A stretch of DNA of 64,000 bases from Trichosphaerium sp. ATCC 40318. Lineage: Eukaryota; Protista; Tubulinea. The position numbers were made by a program, and so were the translations under genes. The stretch is taken from the NCBI GenBank assembly GCA_038496445.1, contig JALMLS010000450.1, positions 124,001 to 188,000 on the forward strand, given 5' to 3'. The notes beneath the pieces are model-generated. The model saw only the letters and a program-made list of their open reading frames with translations, ran no database searches and had not been told where the DNA came from. Shown here piece after piece: positions 39,998 to 52,473 of this stretch (positions within the stretch are counted from its first letter, which is position 1; each line of letters opens with the position of its first letter).

Positions 39998-41232
39998 GGT
40001 AAACTGATTTATGTTGTTTTATAAACTTTATACCCTTTTTAAATCACATGCACAATAAGGAGGTTTTGCGTGTAAACAAGAGAAAGAGGTGACGACATAT
40101 TTTGTGAAACACAAATAAAAAAAAGGTACATACTTCATAAAAACCTGAGTATTTGCTTGGTTGACTTTGTTTATTCGTTTAATACCTCTATTTTCACAAT
40201 GGGACAACAATGACCGGTTTCAATTCAGTGAAGATGTCACGCGCCTCTTGCCATATTTTTGCTTCTCTATTGCGTATTGCTTTATGCTTTCGGCTTTTTT
40301 ACACATTTGCGCAATGTTTGTACTCAAAAATGCGTTGTACCGTAATATAGCGCTATACTCAGCCCTCAACAACTGCAAAGATATCTTCACTGAACTACTT
40401 GTTTTTATTTGTCCCAATTTTAGACTCGTGCTCCACGAACCTGACGTGGCGCTGAGATACTTACTGCAAACAAAAAACATGTCAGTAGATATCCGTGAGA
40501 GTTCGTGATAAGTTGTACTTGTAACAAATACTTCATGTGAGTTAGAGAATTGTCGTGTTTCTTTGTACTTTCATGTGAAACTTAATTTTTCCGGTATAAA
40601 TGTCCATAAAGTACGCAATAGGTTTCTGTATTGCTACCCAATGTATAGCCAGTAACATGTGCTTATAACAGATTATACTCTCATACTGATAATCTCGAGA
40701 TATCACGTGGGCATAAGAGACAGATAAAAACACAGTATAGTTCAGGAGCAATAAGATGGAAAGTTAAAGCATACATAGCTTGTACATTTACATGTAGTCT
40801 TCCATGTTATACACTCTTTTGAACGCCTTGAATAAACAAGGAACGAACGTGTAAATGTATCATCAAGGTCAGAATACATCTTTAAAGTTCTTCCTCAAAG
40901 ATTTCATACTCGTTCTTTGATAAACAAAATCTGTATTGTACGATTGTATAGTCAGCTACACTTACAGAAAATAACACTTCAACACACGCTCTTTTGTGAC
41001 AAATTGTTAATTCATTGTGACTTTTGTATACTGTTTTGTTATGTTCTGAATGCTACAACCGTAAAGTTTCTCTGTTGTTTTAGTAGGCAATGATCATGAC
41101 ATGGGTCATTGTTACACTATTTCCATCAAAAATCCATTTTTAATACTATTTTACCCTTTTGATGTAATTACTGGGTCCACAATTCACCGTTTCTGCGCCA
41201 CCTCTTATATTCTCCTTCATACTCACGTTTGA

Positions 41233-43808
41233 TGTTCTCTTGCTTACCATTGATGTCATTGCAAGCAAATCGTAGTGTATTTTGCTTCAGGCGTTCATTG
41301 TACAGGACTACATTATGGTGTTTTTTAGACAAACGGTATTGTTGCATGAATATTGCCTCTCAATTTTTTATAGGGTTGTCAAAGCATTCATAAAACCTTG
41401 AGAAACTTGCTAGACATGAGAATGTTGAAGTGTTGGCAGATGTCATCGTTAAGGCATACAGAAACCGTTAAGAAATAACTTTTTTTGTTGAGCGGCATAC
41501 CTACATTGAGTATGCAAAATGAAGCCTACAAATATTATAAATGGCGAAATTAGTATCTTATGCGCCCTATTCACAGCCTACGAGTGCGCAAACGAATAAC
41601 ATCGGCGAATTTACGTTTTTATAGGTTGTCTGTCGACTCTTAGGCTATTTAACAGCGTTGCCGAGGATTTAGGCGTTAAACACCTTGATGCTTGGTACAA
41701 AGTATCGCACGCGCCTGTGTATCGCCATGCAAAGCGCTATTTACAAGCGTAAGACTAATATAGCGTTAATTGCTTACATTACGTAGAAATGACAACTCAC
41801 TTCACTTAACGCTGACGAAAGTATTCCCCCAGCACTCTTGGGATAAAGGAAGGTTTGTAGATGAGAACGGGAGCCGAGTACATAAAGACAGGAGATTATT
41901 TGAAAAAATAGGAAAAACGTTAAATATAAAGCACCTAGATGCCTGGTGTGACGTCTTGGTAAAGGATATCGTTCCATATGGCGCTGGCCATGTGTGGCGA
42001 GCGTATGTCTTTGTTTAATGGTGATATAATACGCAATAATGCTTCTTTTCAGAAACGGCAAATCACTGGTTAAGACTTTATCCTATGTATTCCCAAAGCA
42101 TAATTGGAAGCCTTGGATGTTCAAGTACACAAGGACGTACTTTTTTGGAGTCTAAAAATAGAGTTAAGGTCAACAAAACGGTGGACAAGCATCGATAATC
42201 AGAGGTCTAAAATTGATATGGTTGGTAACATTATTGGCGTCAAGGTACTCAGTGATTGGTATGCTATAAACGGAGATGAAGTGTACGAGTTGGGTGGAGG
42301 TAAAATAATGACAATGTATGAAAGCAGGTTAGCGAAAACTCACAATTCTTATTTTTTTCTTAAAAAGGTATAATGGTTCAATTCTTCAGATGCTCACGGT
42401 ATTGTATCCATATTACGATTGGATACCATGGAACTTTTTGTATGTTATTGACGTATTTTGCTTATTGTATGTAACTACATTAGGCATGCACCAATGGGAT
42501 TCTGGGAGAGCAGTGAAAATCAAAAGCTATGGGTTGACAATAGCGCAAAAAAACTCAATGTTAAACTCTTAGACGATTGGTACCACCTCAGTAGTAAAGC
42601 CTTGCTTGATCTTGGAGGTAAAGGATTTATTAATAAGTACGTTCTAAGATGGAATGGGAAACTTAAGTTAATCATCAGGATAAACACAAAAAACGAAAAA
42701 GAACATATTAGTACAACTGCGTTTCCAGCACTTCTCATGTCTTTGTATCCAAAGCATAATTGGGATGACCAGAAATTTGCGTATGTGTTATCATTCATAC
42801 AGTTTCATGTCCTAACTAGTAGTTCAGCCGGAGACCAGCAGGTTATTGGAAAGACGATAAAAACGTCTTACATTTTCTTAATAGTGCGAAAACGAAAAAA
42901 GAGAGTTGACTTACTCCTTTGTAGCTATAAAGAAAGACTTGCTTATAACAAAACCAGAAGAATGGTATAATGTATCAGGTGATCAAATAACTATGTTGGG
43001 TGGAGCCCAACTCTTAAAAACTGATTGGGTTCATCACTTGAAGAGTATACATCCTGACTTCAAGTGGAAGTTTGATAACTTTAGACTTCGGATTAAAAAA
43101 GCAATGCACTGGTACTATCTTTGTACTCTTATCAAGATCCTTGTTTTCTAAAGGTACCATAGTTTATTATATAGAACTGTTAGAAGTATATTCCCCGAGA
43201 TGAATGTACTTCAAGACCATAATATAACATCATCTTTTGGTAAAGCTTTTGCATCTGTAATCGTTGATGTTAGTGTTCCTGAACTACAACTTGCATTTGA
43301 TTATCAAGGTACCTAATGCAGTTGTTTTAATTTACACCTAACGATGGAAATAGGTGAGCAGCACTATAATGATATACACTTCTATGGACGAAGCAAAATA
43401 CAACAAAGTAGGGATTCAGACAAGCAAGTCATTTGCAAACATATCGGTATGTTTAAGACTTTGCAACAAGTTTCAAGCCTTGATATTACCTTAACACAGC
43501 TTTTTTTTCATATCCAGGGCTCCTTTGAGCCACAAGTGAACATGTGAAACAACGTTCCTTGAAAAAAGTTTAAACGATTAATTTCGCATGCCGTAAGCGT
43601 TTTGAGTAACATGTATTCTGTAGATGTTACTTTAATACCTATACCATATTGGTGGGGAGGCGATAGAGATACGATAATAGCTACTATCAGATATTTCAGG
43701 TAAGAACTTTTTGATTTTCTGATTAACCTTACTTTTGGAAAAATTTCCAGGCCAGACGTTCATATTGACGCACCCACTTGTACAGTAAAACCTATTTTAG
43801 ACCGTTAA
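41233..43808 (+). CDS. Helical W-rich repeat protein with C-terminal PD-(D/E)xK-like (RAP/DUF559-like) domain; start uncertain
   Basis: About five repeats (LGVKHLDAWY, LNIKHLDAWC, IGVKVLSDWY, LNVKLLDDWY, LLITKPEEWY; YP.H.W..W.F); C-terminus VDVSVPELQLAFDYQGEQHY...RDSDKQ..C...LIPIPYWW. Confidence 0.75.
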
Positions 43809-44463
43809 AAATAAATAAATTTACACCGACGAACCAATTAATTTCGTGGCAATTTGGCGGTTGTTTTACTCCTACTTCCGCTAGCCGCTATAGCTTCATA
43901 CATATAAAATCGTGCGAGCGCAACTGTGGTCTTTTACTTCAGAGAAACAAAACAGTGGGTTGCACTACGTTTCGCGGCGTTTCCATTTCTTCGAACTCCG
44001 TTCTTTCTGTGTCGTGAAGTATAGCTAAGACTTCAAGACTAGTTGTAACGGTGGAAAGGTAAGGAGAAATCTGTAATTCAATAAAAAAATGAGTTTTCAT
44101 ACAAGGTCAACGTTAGAGATGGCAGAAATACCGGTCCGTAAACGGTCCAAACGGTCTGCTGTTGAAGAATAACGTCCTATTTGGTGATTTCGTGGTGGAA
44201 GATTGTCTCAAAGTTATTTGTCCAATCTTCTAGGAGGGCGACCAGTAGATCCGTTGTTTTGGATTTATGTATACTGCTAATAAATCTTTTTGATCGGTCT
44301 GAGTTAGTGATGAAACCTGCTGACATCTCGACCATGTTCTTTAGGTTCGTCTTGAATGTACTCATTCTGATCTTAAGTCCCTTGGAAGTTTTTGATTTAA
44401 TCCGTTCGATAGTTCATTTTTTCGCGTGCTGTTTTGTTTACAGTGACAACATCGCTAGGTATT

Positions 44464-46373
44464 ATGGCGCGTACAAAACAGACAACTAGAAGACGAAATG
44501 GTGGAGTGGCTCCTAGATGGAATAACAAGAAAAGAACACCAAAACTGCCACAGGCTCCAGTAAAGAAAGTACCGCTCAATGTACGCGAATATAAAACCTT
44601 TTAAAGCATCAAAACTGTATTTTAATTCATCTTCAGCCAAATTCCTTTACATTCACTTCATTCGGCGATGTACAACTTGGTGGACTACCTGTAGAGATAT
44701 GGGCTATGATTTGTAAGTTCAGATTGTAAAACGTTACATGTTTGCTAAACACATTGTTAGGTTCATATATTCAAGAACCATCAGCTTCAAGCTGTATTTT
44801 ACGCATCAACACGATCATTTACGCTATTGCACTTGAAAATGTTAACTGGAAGAGCGTTTATTTTAACACATTCATTGACGCACTGTTTGAACAAGGCGAG
44901 GCAGTGTGACAGTGCTAAGCTTGTTTTGGCTCATCTTGTTTCGCAGATTGCTTGACGTCTCCCTCGCCAGTTCCACCATTCGTATACCCTTCTTTTGTTG
45001 GAAAGAACTGCTGGTACAACCGTCTCGTTCATCGCGCAAACTTGGGTAAACCATTGGCCGAACGTGAGTGCTCAGTTTGGCAAGGCAGGAAGGTACGTTG
45101 TTGAATGATCTTTAATTCATTTTAACTCCTTTAGTTTGTACCTGATATTGCTGATGATGGTTGTGGTACATTTTCATGTTTGATAGGGCCCACAGGCATA
45201 CCTTTATTCTGTAAGATGGAATACGGGACATGTGAATATGAAGATATTGGAAGCGCTAGTGTTTATGATTTCAATGAAAAGAAATACAAGGTACAGATTG
45301 CAGTTGTTCACCATATCCGTACTAATCTAGTTACCAGAAATTTATTGTTGCATACCATAATAGGTCTGATGAAACGGGTACAGCCATTCTGGCTTTAAGC
45401 TTTACTGTGGCGAGATTAATCTTTGGTAATCAACATGTTTCTTATATTTTTCTAACTTTTTTGTCACCTACAGGTTGGGGGTACAATGAGTATATGTCTA
45501 GTTGGCCTGTTATACGTGACTATGCAGAAAAGCTACTAGACGATATTTTTGAAGATTTAAGACCCAACTGCGGAGGAGGATGTTGTATGATTGGTTCTGG
45601 GTGCAATCTTTTTCGTGGTTTTACTATTGTAGATTTATTTTGACGTTTTTCTCAGAAAGCCTGTTCGTTTCAAGATGTATGAACATGAAGACGATTATGC
45701 AACAGGTGTAAAGCCCATACCAAATACATTATTAGATAGATATGATATGTATGGGAAATACATTGCATACTATAGCATTTACTCAGTATGGAACTTATTT
45801 GATAGCCGGTCATCGTAAGATTTTTTTGTTATTGCTTTATTTTAGGGCTAACAAGCTTCCTTTAGGTTTTACAGATGCATTGATAACCCCAATATAGTTG
45901 TTAATAACCCTAGAATGTATTATAGTACTCATAAACCTCCACTACCAGTTGTACCTGAAGAATGTGACAATATGGATGATAAACTTATAATTCTCAAAGA
46001 AAATGGTACTAAACTTGTTCTGATGTTTCGATGCTTCTTGGTCTTTTTGACTTTATTTCAAGGAAAACATTCGGTTGTTATTGATGACCTAGTGGAAGTG
46101 AAGCGTATAATAACACAAGCAAGGAATCAAGAAGGAGGACAGAATAATATTTGTAGTTTTCTTGCAAAGCAATCTATGTCTGTGTTTCACCAATTTGGCT
46201 CAAGTGAATTTGATTACCGTGAATTCATTACAGAATTTCCAAATCATGCTATACCTGGTAAGATTTCTCTTCTCACAAAGTATGAAGGAGATCATATCCC
46301 ACCTCAGGACAGCGTGATAAACGAAAAAGATAAGCACTTGAAAAAATCATTTGAAAACACAATAAATTTCTAG
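44464..46373 (+). CDS. F-box protein with N-terminal histone H3 tail-like peptide
   Basis: Exon 1 MARTKQTTRRRNGGVAPRWNNKKRTPKLPQAPVKKVPLN, intron 44581-44636, then LGGLPVEIWAMICSYI (F-box); further exons join ORFs 45180, 45407 and 45915. Confidence 0.8.
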
Positions 46374-47280
46374 CACTTTTCCATCCAATCACTTTGTTAA
46401 TAGTTGGACTCTAATTTTTTTATCACCCTCACTGGTGAACAAAGCCATGGTAGTATTTATTCCTGTACAATAAACGCCTGAAGCAACATAAATGCGATTT
46501 GCGTCACAGCACGTAAATGTATGCTTTAACTTTCCTTCTTGTTGCTCCTGAACTATACTGTGTTTATCTGTATGCCACGTGATATCTCGAGATTATCTAC
46601 ATAAAAATACAAGCTGCATATATGGCACATATTACTGGCTACATTGATAGCAACACAGAAACCTATTGCATACTTTATGGACATTGGTACCGGAAAAATT
46701 ATGTTTCACATGAAAGTACAAAGAAACACGACAATTCTCTAACTCACATGTATTTGTTACAAGTACAACTTATCACGAACTCCCACGGATATCTACTAAC
46801 ATGCTTTTTGTTTCCAGTAAGTGTCTCAGCGTCACAGAGGCTTCGTGGAGCAGGAGTCTAAAATTGGGACAAATAAAAACAAGTAGTTCAGTGAAGATAT
46901 CTTTGCAGTTGTTGAAGGCTGAGTATAGCGCTATATTATGGTACAATGTATTTTTGAGTATAAACGTTGCACAAAATTAGTAGAAAACTCTAAAGCAATA
47001 CGCAATAGAGAAGTAAAAATATTGGCAAGAGGCGCGTGACATCTTCACTGAATTGAAACTTGTCATTGCCGCCCATAGTGAAAATAGAGGTATTAAACGA
47101 ATAAACAAAGTCAATCAAGCAAATACTCAGGTTTTTATGAAGTACGTACCTTTTTTTTTTATTTGTGTTTCACAAAATATGTCGTCACCTCTTTCTCTTG
47201 TTTACACGCAAAACCTCCTTATTGTGCATGTGATTTTAAAAGGGGACTAAAGTTTATAAAACAACATAAATCAGTTTACC

Positions 47281-48688
47281 ATGTACACAACACAACAACT
47301 CGTACTTCTCTTTATTGGACTGTTTCTTGTATCTCTCAATGCATCTCAAGTTGATCCCTTCACTGCCTTTGCAACAACTTTTGCAACCGATTCATCACCT
47401 GTAGTCACCGAGACTACTCTTGATGGCTCAATTGTAGGTGGTCGTAGAGATCTAACTGCAAACAGAGTATCAGGAGCACCAATAAACGCATTGATTACAG
47501 AATGTCAGATCGCTGATGGTCTTGGCTTTCGGCTATCCAATGATGTCTCTGTTGTCGGTTCTTGTTCTTCTGTATACTCTGGATTGGATCTCACCGGTAT
47601 CAGCCCTCCATTAGACTTGACTCAGAATGGATGCAGTACGTGTGGCCACAATCACTTTAAATCGCTTGAAATATGTGTTCTGATTCTTGTTTTTTCTTGA
47701 TATTAGGCTGCTACAATTTTCGCATGGTTGGCGCTGATAGTCAGACAACTGTATCTGCTATTTTACGCAATTCAGCAACCTCAATCAACACTCAACTCAG
47801 TTTCAATATCGCTCAAGGAATATCTACACCTGTGGATGTGTGTTTACCTTACGGAAGCAATATCGATGATTTGAACTCAGTTGATCGTGTTGAATACGTA
47901 TTGGGCTCTGATATCCAAAGTGTTGATGCTCATGTCAAATACGCTTGTTGTCAACCGCCTGTCTCTTGCTGGTAATCACATCATTATTTTTATTTAAGTT
48001 CATATCTTACAGTCAAACTAATTGGTGTTTAGGCATACAATCAATCCAATTGGTTCTGCTGCCATTGACGACTTGAAAGTCGGTGATTCAATCAGTGTTG
48101 ATATCACTTGTGAGAACTATCAAAGGATTCCAATGGCTTCAACCGAAATGATATCGGGTTCATTTGGATTCGATAGCTCTATTGGATCTCTTGATGCTTC
48201 GTCATTGTCTTGTTCTGGCACAACATCATCAAGTGTATCAAATGGAGAACTTCAGTTTGATGCGACTTTGGCTGAAAATCAACAAGCTTCATGTAGCATC
48301 ACAGTCGACCTCACAGGTGCAGGCCAAGCCAATGATATTGCTGCATTGATCACAACAGCTTCAGGAGCTTCTCCAATTCTTTCAAATGAAGGATCTTCTG
48401 CGTATGTACTTTACTGTAGCAACCTCTTTGCACTCTTCTTACTCCTTTTTTATTAGACAAGGCACCTCTGCTTTCTGTGATCCTCCAACATTATCATCAA
48501 TCAATGTACTCCCAGCACCAGTGACTGTACCTTGCAGAGGTCAACGTAGATGTTTCCGACTTGCACAGAGCAACCCTTGCATATTCGCATCAAACTGTGT
48601 CAACAGAGAATGTGCTGTATTTTGCTTGAATACTCCAGAATGTCGTAATGATCCTTTGTGCTTTGGATCTTTCTGGAACCAAGTATAA
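47281..48688 (+). CDS. Secreted beta-rich protein, copy 2
   Basis: Nearly identical to 38607-39997 (a few substitutions, 3-aa insertion AAI). Confidence 0.85.
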
Positions 48689-49499
48689 TTCCAATGCGTA
48701 AATAAACGTCACAAAAGAGACAACATCAATGTCTCCCCTTCACTCACACCTTTGCATCCTTTTTGTACGTTTCTAAAAGTTACATTTTTTTTGTTGGCAA
48801 CACCAGGGTACTTTACTTGCTTGAGTGATAAAGCGAAATAGCTAGGATTTATCAAAATATTTTCTGTCAGGAGCGAGGGCAGATAACATCTAAAGTGGGA
48901 TTTGCAAGGTCGGCCAGACGTGTTAAATCCGTCAGATCTAACAGAGCGGGCAGAAACTGGTTTTATTTGGAAAAGTGTGGCTGAAAATTTGAATGAAACC
49001 GTTTCAAACCACGTGGCACCAAAATTTTTATTTACATATTTAACACCAGCGGCGTTTACAAAGCCTGCAGCAACATTGGTAGTGTTTTGGAGGTTTTAAC
49101 CTTATTACACCTGTCTTGGTGTTTGGATGCTGCGAGAGCGCTTTTGTTAGCGTGGGTAGGCGCTAGCGTAGCACTAGTAAGTTATACACGTACGTTGATT
49201 TATTGAAGCAAAAATTAGAGCAAACAGTGTTTGAGGCATTCATACCATCTTTGCCGGCAATGCGATAGCCTTATAGGGCATCATACCTTTTTTAATTCGC
49301 TTTTAGCTCATTGAATACTTCCATGGTTTGCTCGTACCGAGTACAGTGTGCGTAAACACTGTGATCATCTTCTATGGTCTATTGTTCTAAATTTTGTTGT
49401 CCCTTTTGGACGAGATGGTTCACATTGTGGGAGATCTACACCTTAAACAAAGTGTTCATTTCTTTAAAACGTGTACTGCAATCACGTGATTAAAGTTCA

Positions 49500-51197
49500 A
49501 TGGCTAAATTACTCTTTTTCGCTATGCTATGTATTGCTAGTATCAACGCAGTGTGTGTATCCCCAGACCCAAGTATTTCGAGTTGGTGGAGGTTTGAGTC
49601 GATTGTAAATAATACATTTGACACTGTCAATTCACGCATTGGTAACATTACAGGGGTTCCAGGCGCTGACTTTTCTCAAGTAGAAGTACGATAACTTTTC
49701 TTAAATAAGCATAAAATTTATCGATTTAGGGCCGTGTTGGTAAAGGATTACGTTTAGGAGGTAACGCACCAATTGTAGCGGACAGTGGCGACATATTTAC
49801 GCCAAATCAAGGTATTGAAATTGTAATCAGCTCAAAACGCCAACACGCCTTACAGGAAGTTTCTCTGTTGAAATGTGGATATCTGTAGCATCTACAGCGG
49901 CCCAAGAAAAGTATATTATTCATCATGAATCTGATACAGGCTTCTATGTATGGCTCAGTTTCTCTAATCTAATAGGATTTGCTGCTGTGTCTGGTATGTA
50001 ATCAAAATAACTAAACCTTCGCTTATACTCTACTAAGATAATAGAGTAACTAGCTCTGTTTCAGCTATGACGTTAAATACAAACACTTGGAATCATGTGG
50101 GTTTGACATTTGATTGGTATTTTCTTTCGTTTATTTAACTGTAAATAACTCATAGAACTTTGTAGGAACAATAGCACCAGTACAGGAGAATACTTTGGAT
50201 ACTTGGGTATGTTCACAACTTTATTTTTAAGTTAGATGCTTAATCTTATGTACAGATGGCGTTGAGCGCAAGTTAACACCTAGTATCCCAAGTCAAATTA
50301 TTGCAAATAGCAGCACACCGGTCTTTATTGGTTCAGATAACAGAGGTGAACGAGGCTTTAATGGTACTATTGATGAGGTATTGTTGAATGTCTTTATTAC
50401 TATTCAACATGTCGCAATAGGTAACTTTTTATGATGGTGTTGCACTTAGTCAAACACAAATGCAAGAGATATTTAATGCAGGTGAGACTGGGTTACCAAC
50501 ACTTCTCTTGACTATTTATTGAGGAATAAACGGAAAATGTGTGCCATCGCCTCCAACATCTGAAGTACCTACAACGCAAGGTACACGGTAGATAAACTAT
50601 GACACTGTTTTAATTAAAATAGTATGCAATGGCGACAAGCTTCCAAGAGCCGAGTGTAACAATACTGAAGGCGTCTGGGTTGTGAATGAGGATATTGTGA
50701 TTGAGTCAGCAATGAACTTTCGTATTGAGACATCAGTTATTTTGAAAGGTAATAATCACATGTTTGATTGCGTTGCGACTATTTATTAATCAATAAATCT
50801 AGGGAACGTAAATGTGGGAGAGACAATAACATTCCTTATTTCTTCAATGGCAACACTCACATTTCAAAAATGTCCAACTTTCAATGACAGTCTCAATATC
50901 GTTGTCACAGAAGTCTCTGAATCTGTTCATACACTCCTTACAATTCCACCAAATTGTGATGTATCAGTCGTTGAGGTGACATCTGATGTTGAAGACGAAT
51001 GTACCGACTTTTCGAGAATAGAAACTGATACACAGCTTTCTGTTGTATGGTCAGTTAATGATGGATGTAATGATAGCAGTCTAAGCAATGGAGCTATTGC
51101 TGGTATTGCTGTAGCTGCTGTTGTTATTATTGTGGTTCTAATTGCAAGTTTGATTTACTTTCTTACATTCCACAAGAAGAGATCCTTCGTCATTTAA
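49500..51197 (+). CDS. LamG/ConA-like type I membrane protein, copy 3
   Basis: MAKLLFFAMLCIASINA; FSVEMWI, TWNHVGLTFD, GFNGTIDE; TM and tail FHKKRSFVI*. Confidence 0.85.
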
Positions 51198-51474
51198 ATC
51201 TACTTAAAAATCCACCTCAACTTAGTGAAGATGAACATTATGATGTAATAAAAGCCTCTGCTAGAACATATGTGGTATTGTTTGATTTTGCTGTCACACA
51301 AAGGGAACCTGTATTAATTAGCTGAGTGTGTGAACTGATATACAATGTTACAAAACGAGTCGAAAGTATGTTACTGTTGTTTTATTTCTGTTGTACAAAG
51401 CCACCTTGTTGGCAATAAATATTATGTACAAGCCATTCAAGGAAGCATTTCTGGAGTATGGTTTTTTTCGTTTC

Positions 51475-52053
51475 TTAAACTAATTTACACTTTTTAATGG
51501 AAGGCTTTCTTCGTTTCTTTTTCTTGCTCGTTTTTTGTTGTGGTTCTTCATTTTGTCTTCGAATCTCTCTAACGATTTCAAAAAAGCACTCTTCGACATT
51601 TGTTTGTGTCTTTGCTGATGTTTCATAGAAAGGAGCATTGTGGAGATCAGCGAAGTCTTGGCCTTGTTGCTTTGTAAGTTGTCTGTCATCGTCCAAGTCG
51701 CATTTGTTTCCGGTAATGACAAAAGGAGGATCATCGTCTTCACGGCATCGTTTAATCTGTTTGATGTATTTTTGTAACTCCTGAAGAGTCTCGCTGTCGG
51801 TAACAGAGTATACAAGAATAAAGCCATCAGCGCCTCTCATGTATGAGTCTCTGAGCGCGGAATATTCTTCTTGGCCTGCAGTGTCGAGAATATCGAGAAC
51901 GGCCATTTTATCGTCAATGGTAACAACCTTTCTATAACCATCTTCAATTGTTGGATCGTAATTCCATACGAAGTGGTTGTACAATAGTTGGATTGTAAGC
52001 GCTGATTTGCCTACACCACCAGCTCCGAATACGACAATTTTGTAGTCTGTCAT
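51475..52053 (-). CDS. Ras GTPase, intronless
   Basis: MTDYKIVVFGAGGVGKSALTIQ, YDPTIED, DTAGQEEYSA, NKCD, ETSAK, polybasic tail, CAAX CKLV. Confidence 0.97.
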   Translation of the reverse strand: MTDYKIVVFGAGGVGKSALTIQLLYNHFVWNYDPTIEDGYRKVVTIDDKMAVLDILDTAGQEEYSALRDSYMRGADGFILVYSVTDSETLQELQKYIKQIKRCREDDDPPFVITGNKCDLDDDRQLTKQQGQDFADLHNAPFYETSAKTQTNVEECFFEIVREIRRQNEEPQQKTSKKKKRRKPSIKKCKLV

Positions 52054-52473
52054 GATGTGTTGTGCTTTGTGTTGGTTTTAATTTTATGGCTTCTAAACTA
52101 AAAACAGGCATTCATAGAAGAAATTTTATTTTTGGGCGTATTTATCTGAACGAGATTATTTATAAAGTAGAACACAGAAACACCGCGATGTCATCAAACG
52201 CTACTTGATTTCGTGACTGTGGGTCATGTCAACTACCACAACAATTCTCAAGGGATAAAGGGCGGCTCCTGACTGTTTTGGAAGTAACCAATAGTCAACA
52301 CGTGTAACATGTTTATTTCTGCTCTGATAAGGCGTCATAGAGCGTCATTAACCACAAAGAAATGTTTTAACAACTTATGTTTATTTCTAAAAAACAGAAC
52401 TTACCAAACATACTGTGAGCGTGACAGAAGCTTGTTTACGCGAACGAAAGGGGCCACAAATACTTTGGAGACT

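Larger units (their letters stand above)
35946..41310. repeat. Left arm of about 5 kb inverted duplication
   Basis: Reverse complement of 46455-51368; outer edge tactttcgactcgttttg; inner homology to about 40790 plus a patch at 41265-41310. Confidence 0.95.
46455..51368. repeat. Right arm of about 5 kb inverted duplication
   Basis: Reverse complement of 35946-41310. Confidence 0.95.

Noticed and set aside
43930-44410. Long minus-strand frame with one internal stop upstream of the H3-mimic gene
   Set aside because: No recognisable motif or start; cannot be supported as a gene or transposon
35946-51368. Inverted arms as terminal repeats of a giant transposon
   Set aside because: Arms consist of intron-containing host-type genes; no transposase, integrase or target-site duplication recognised
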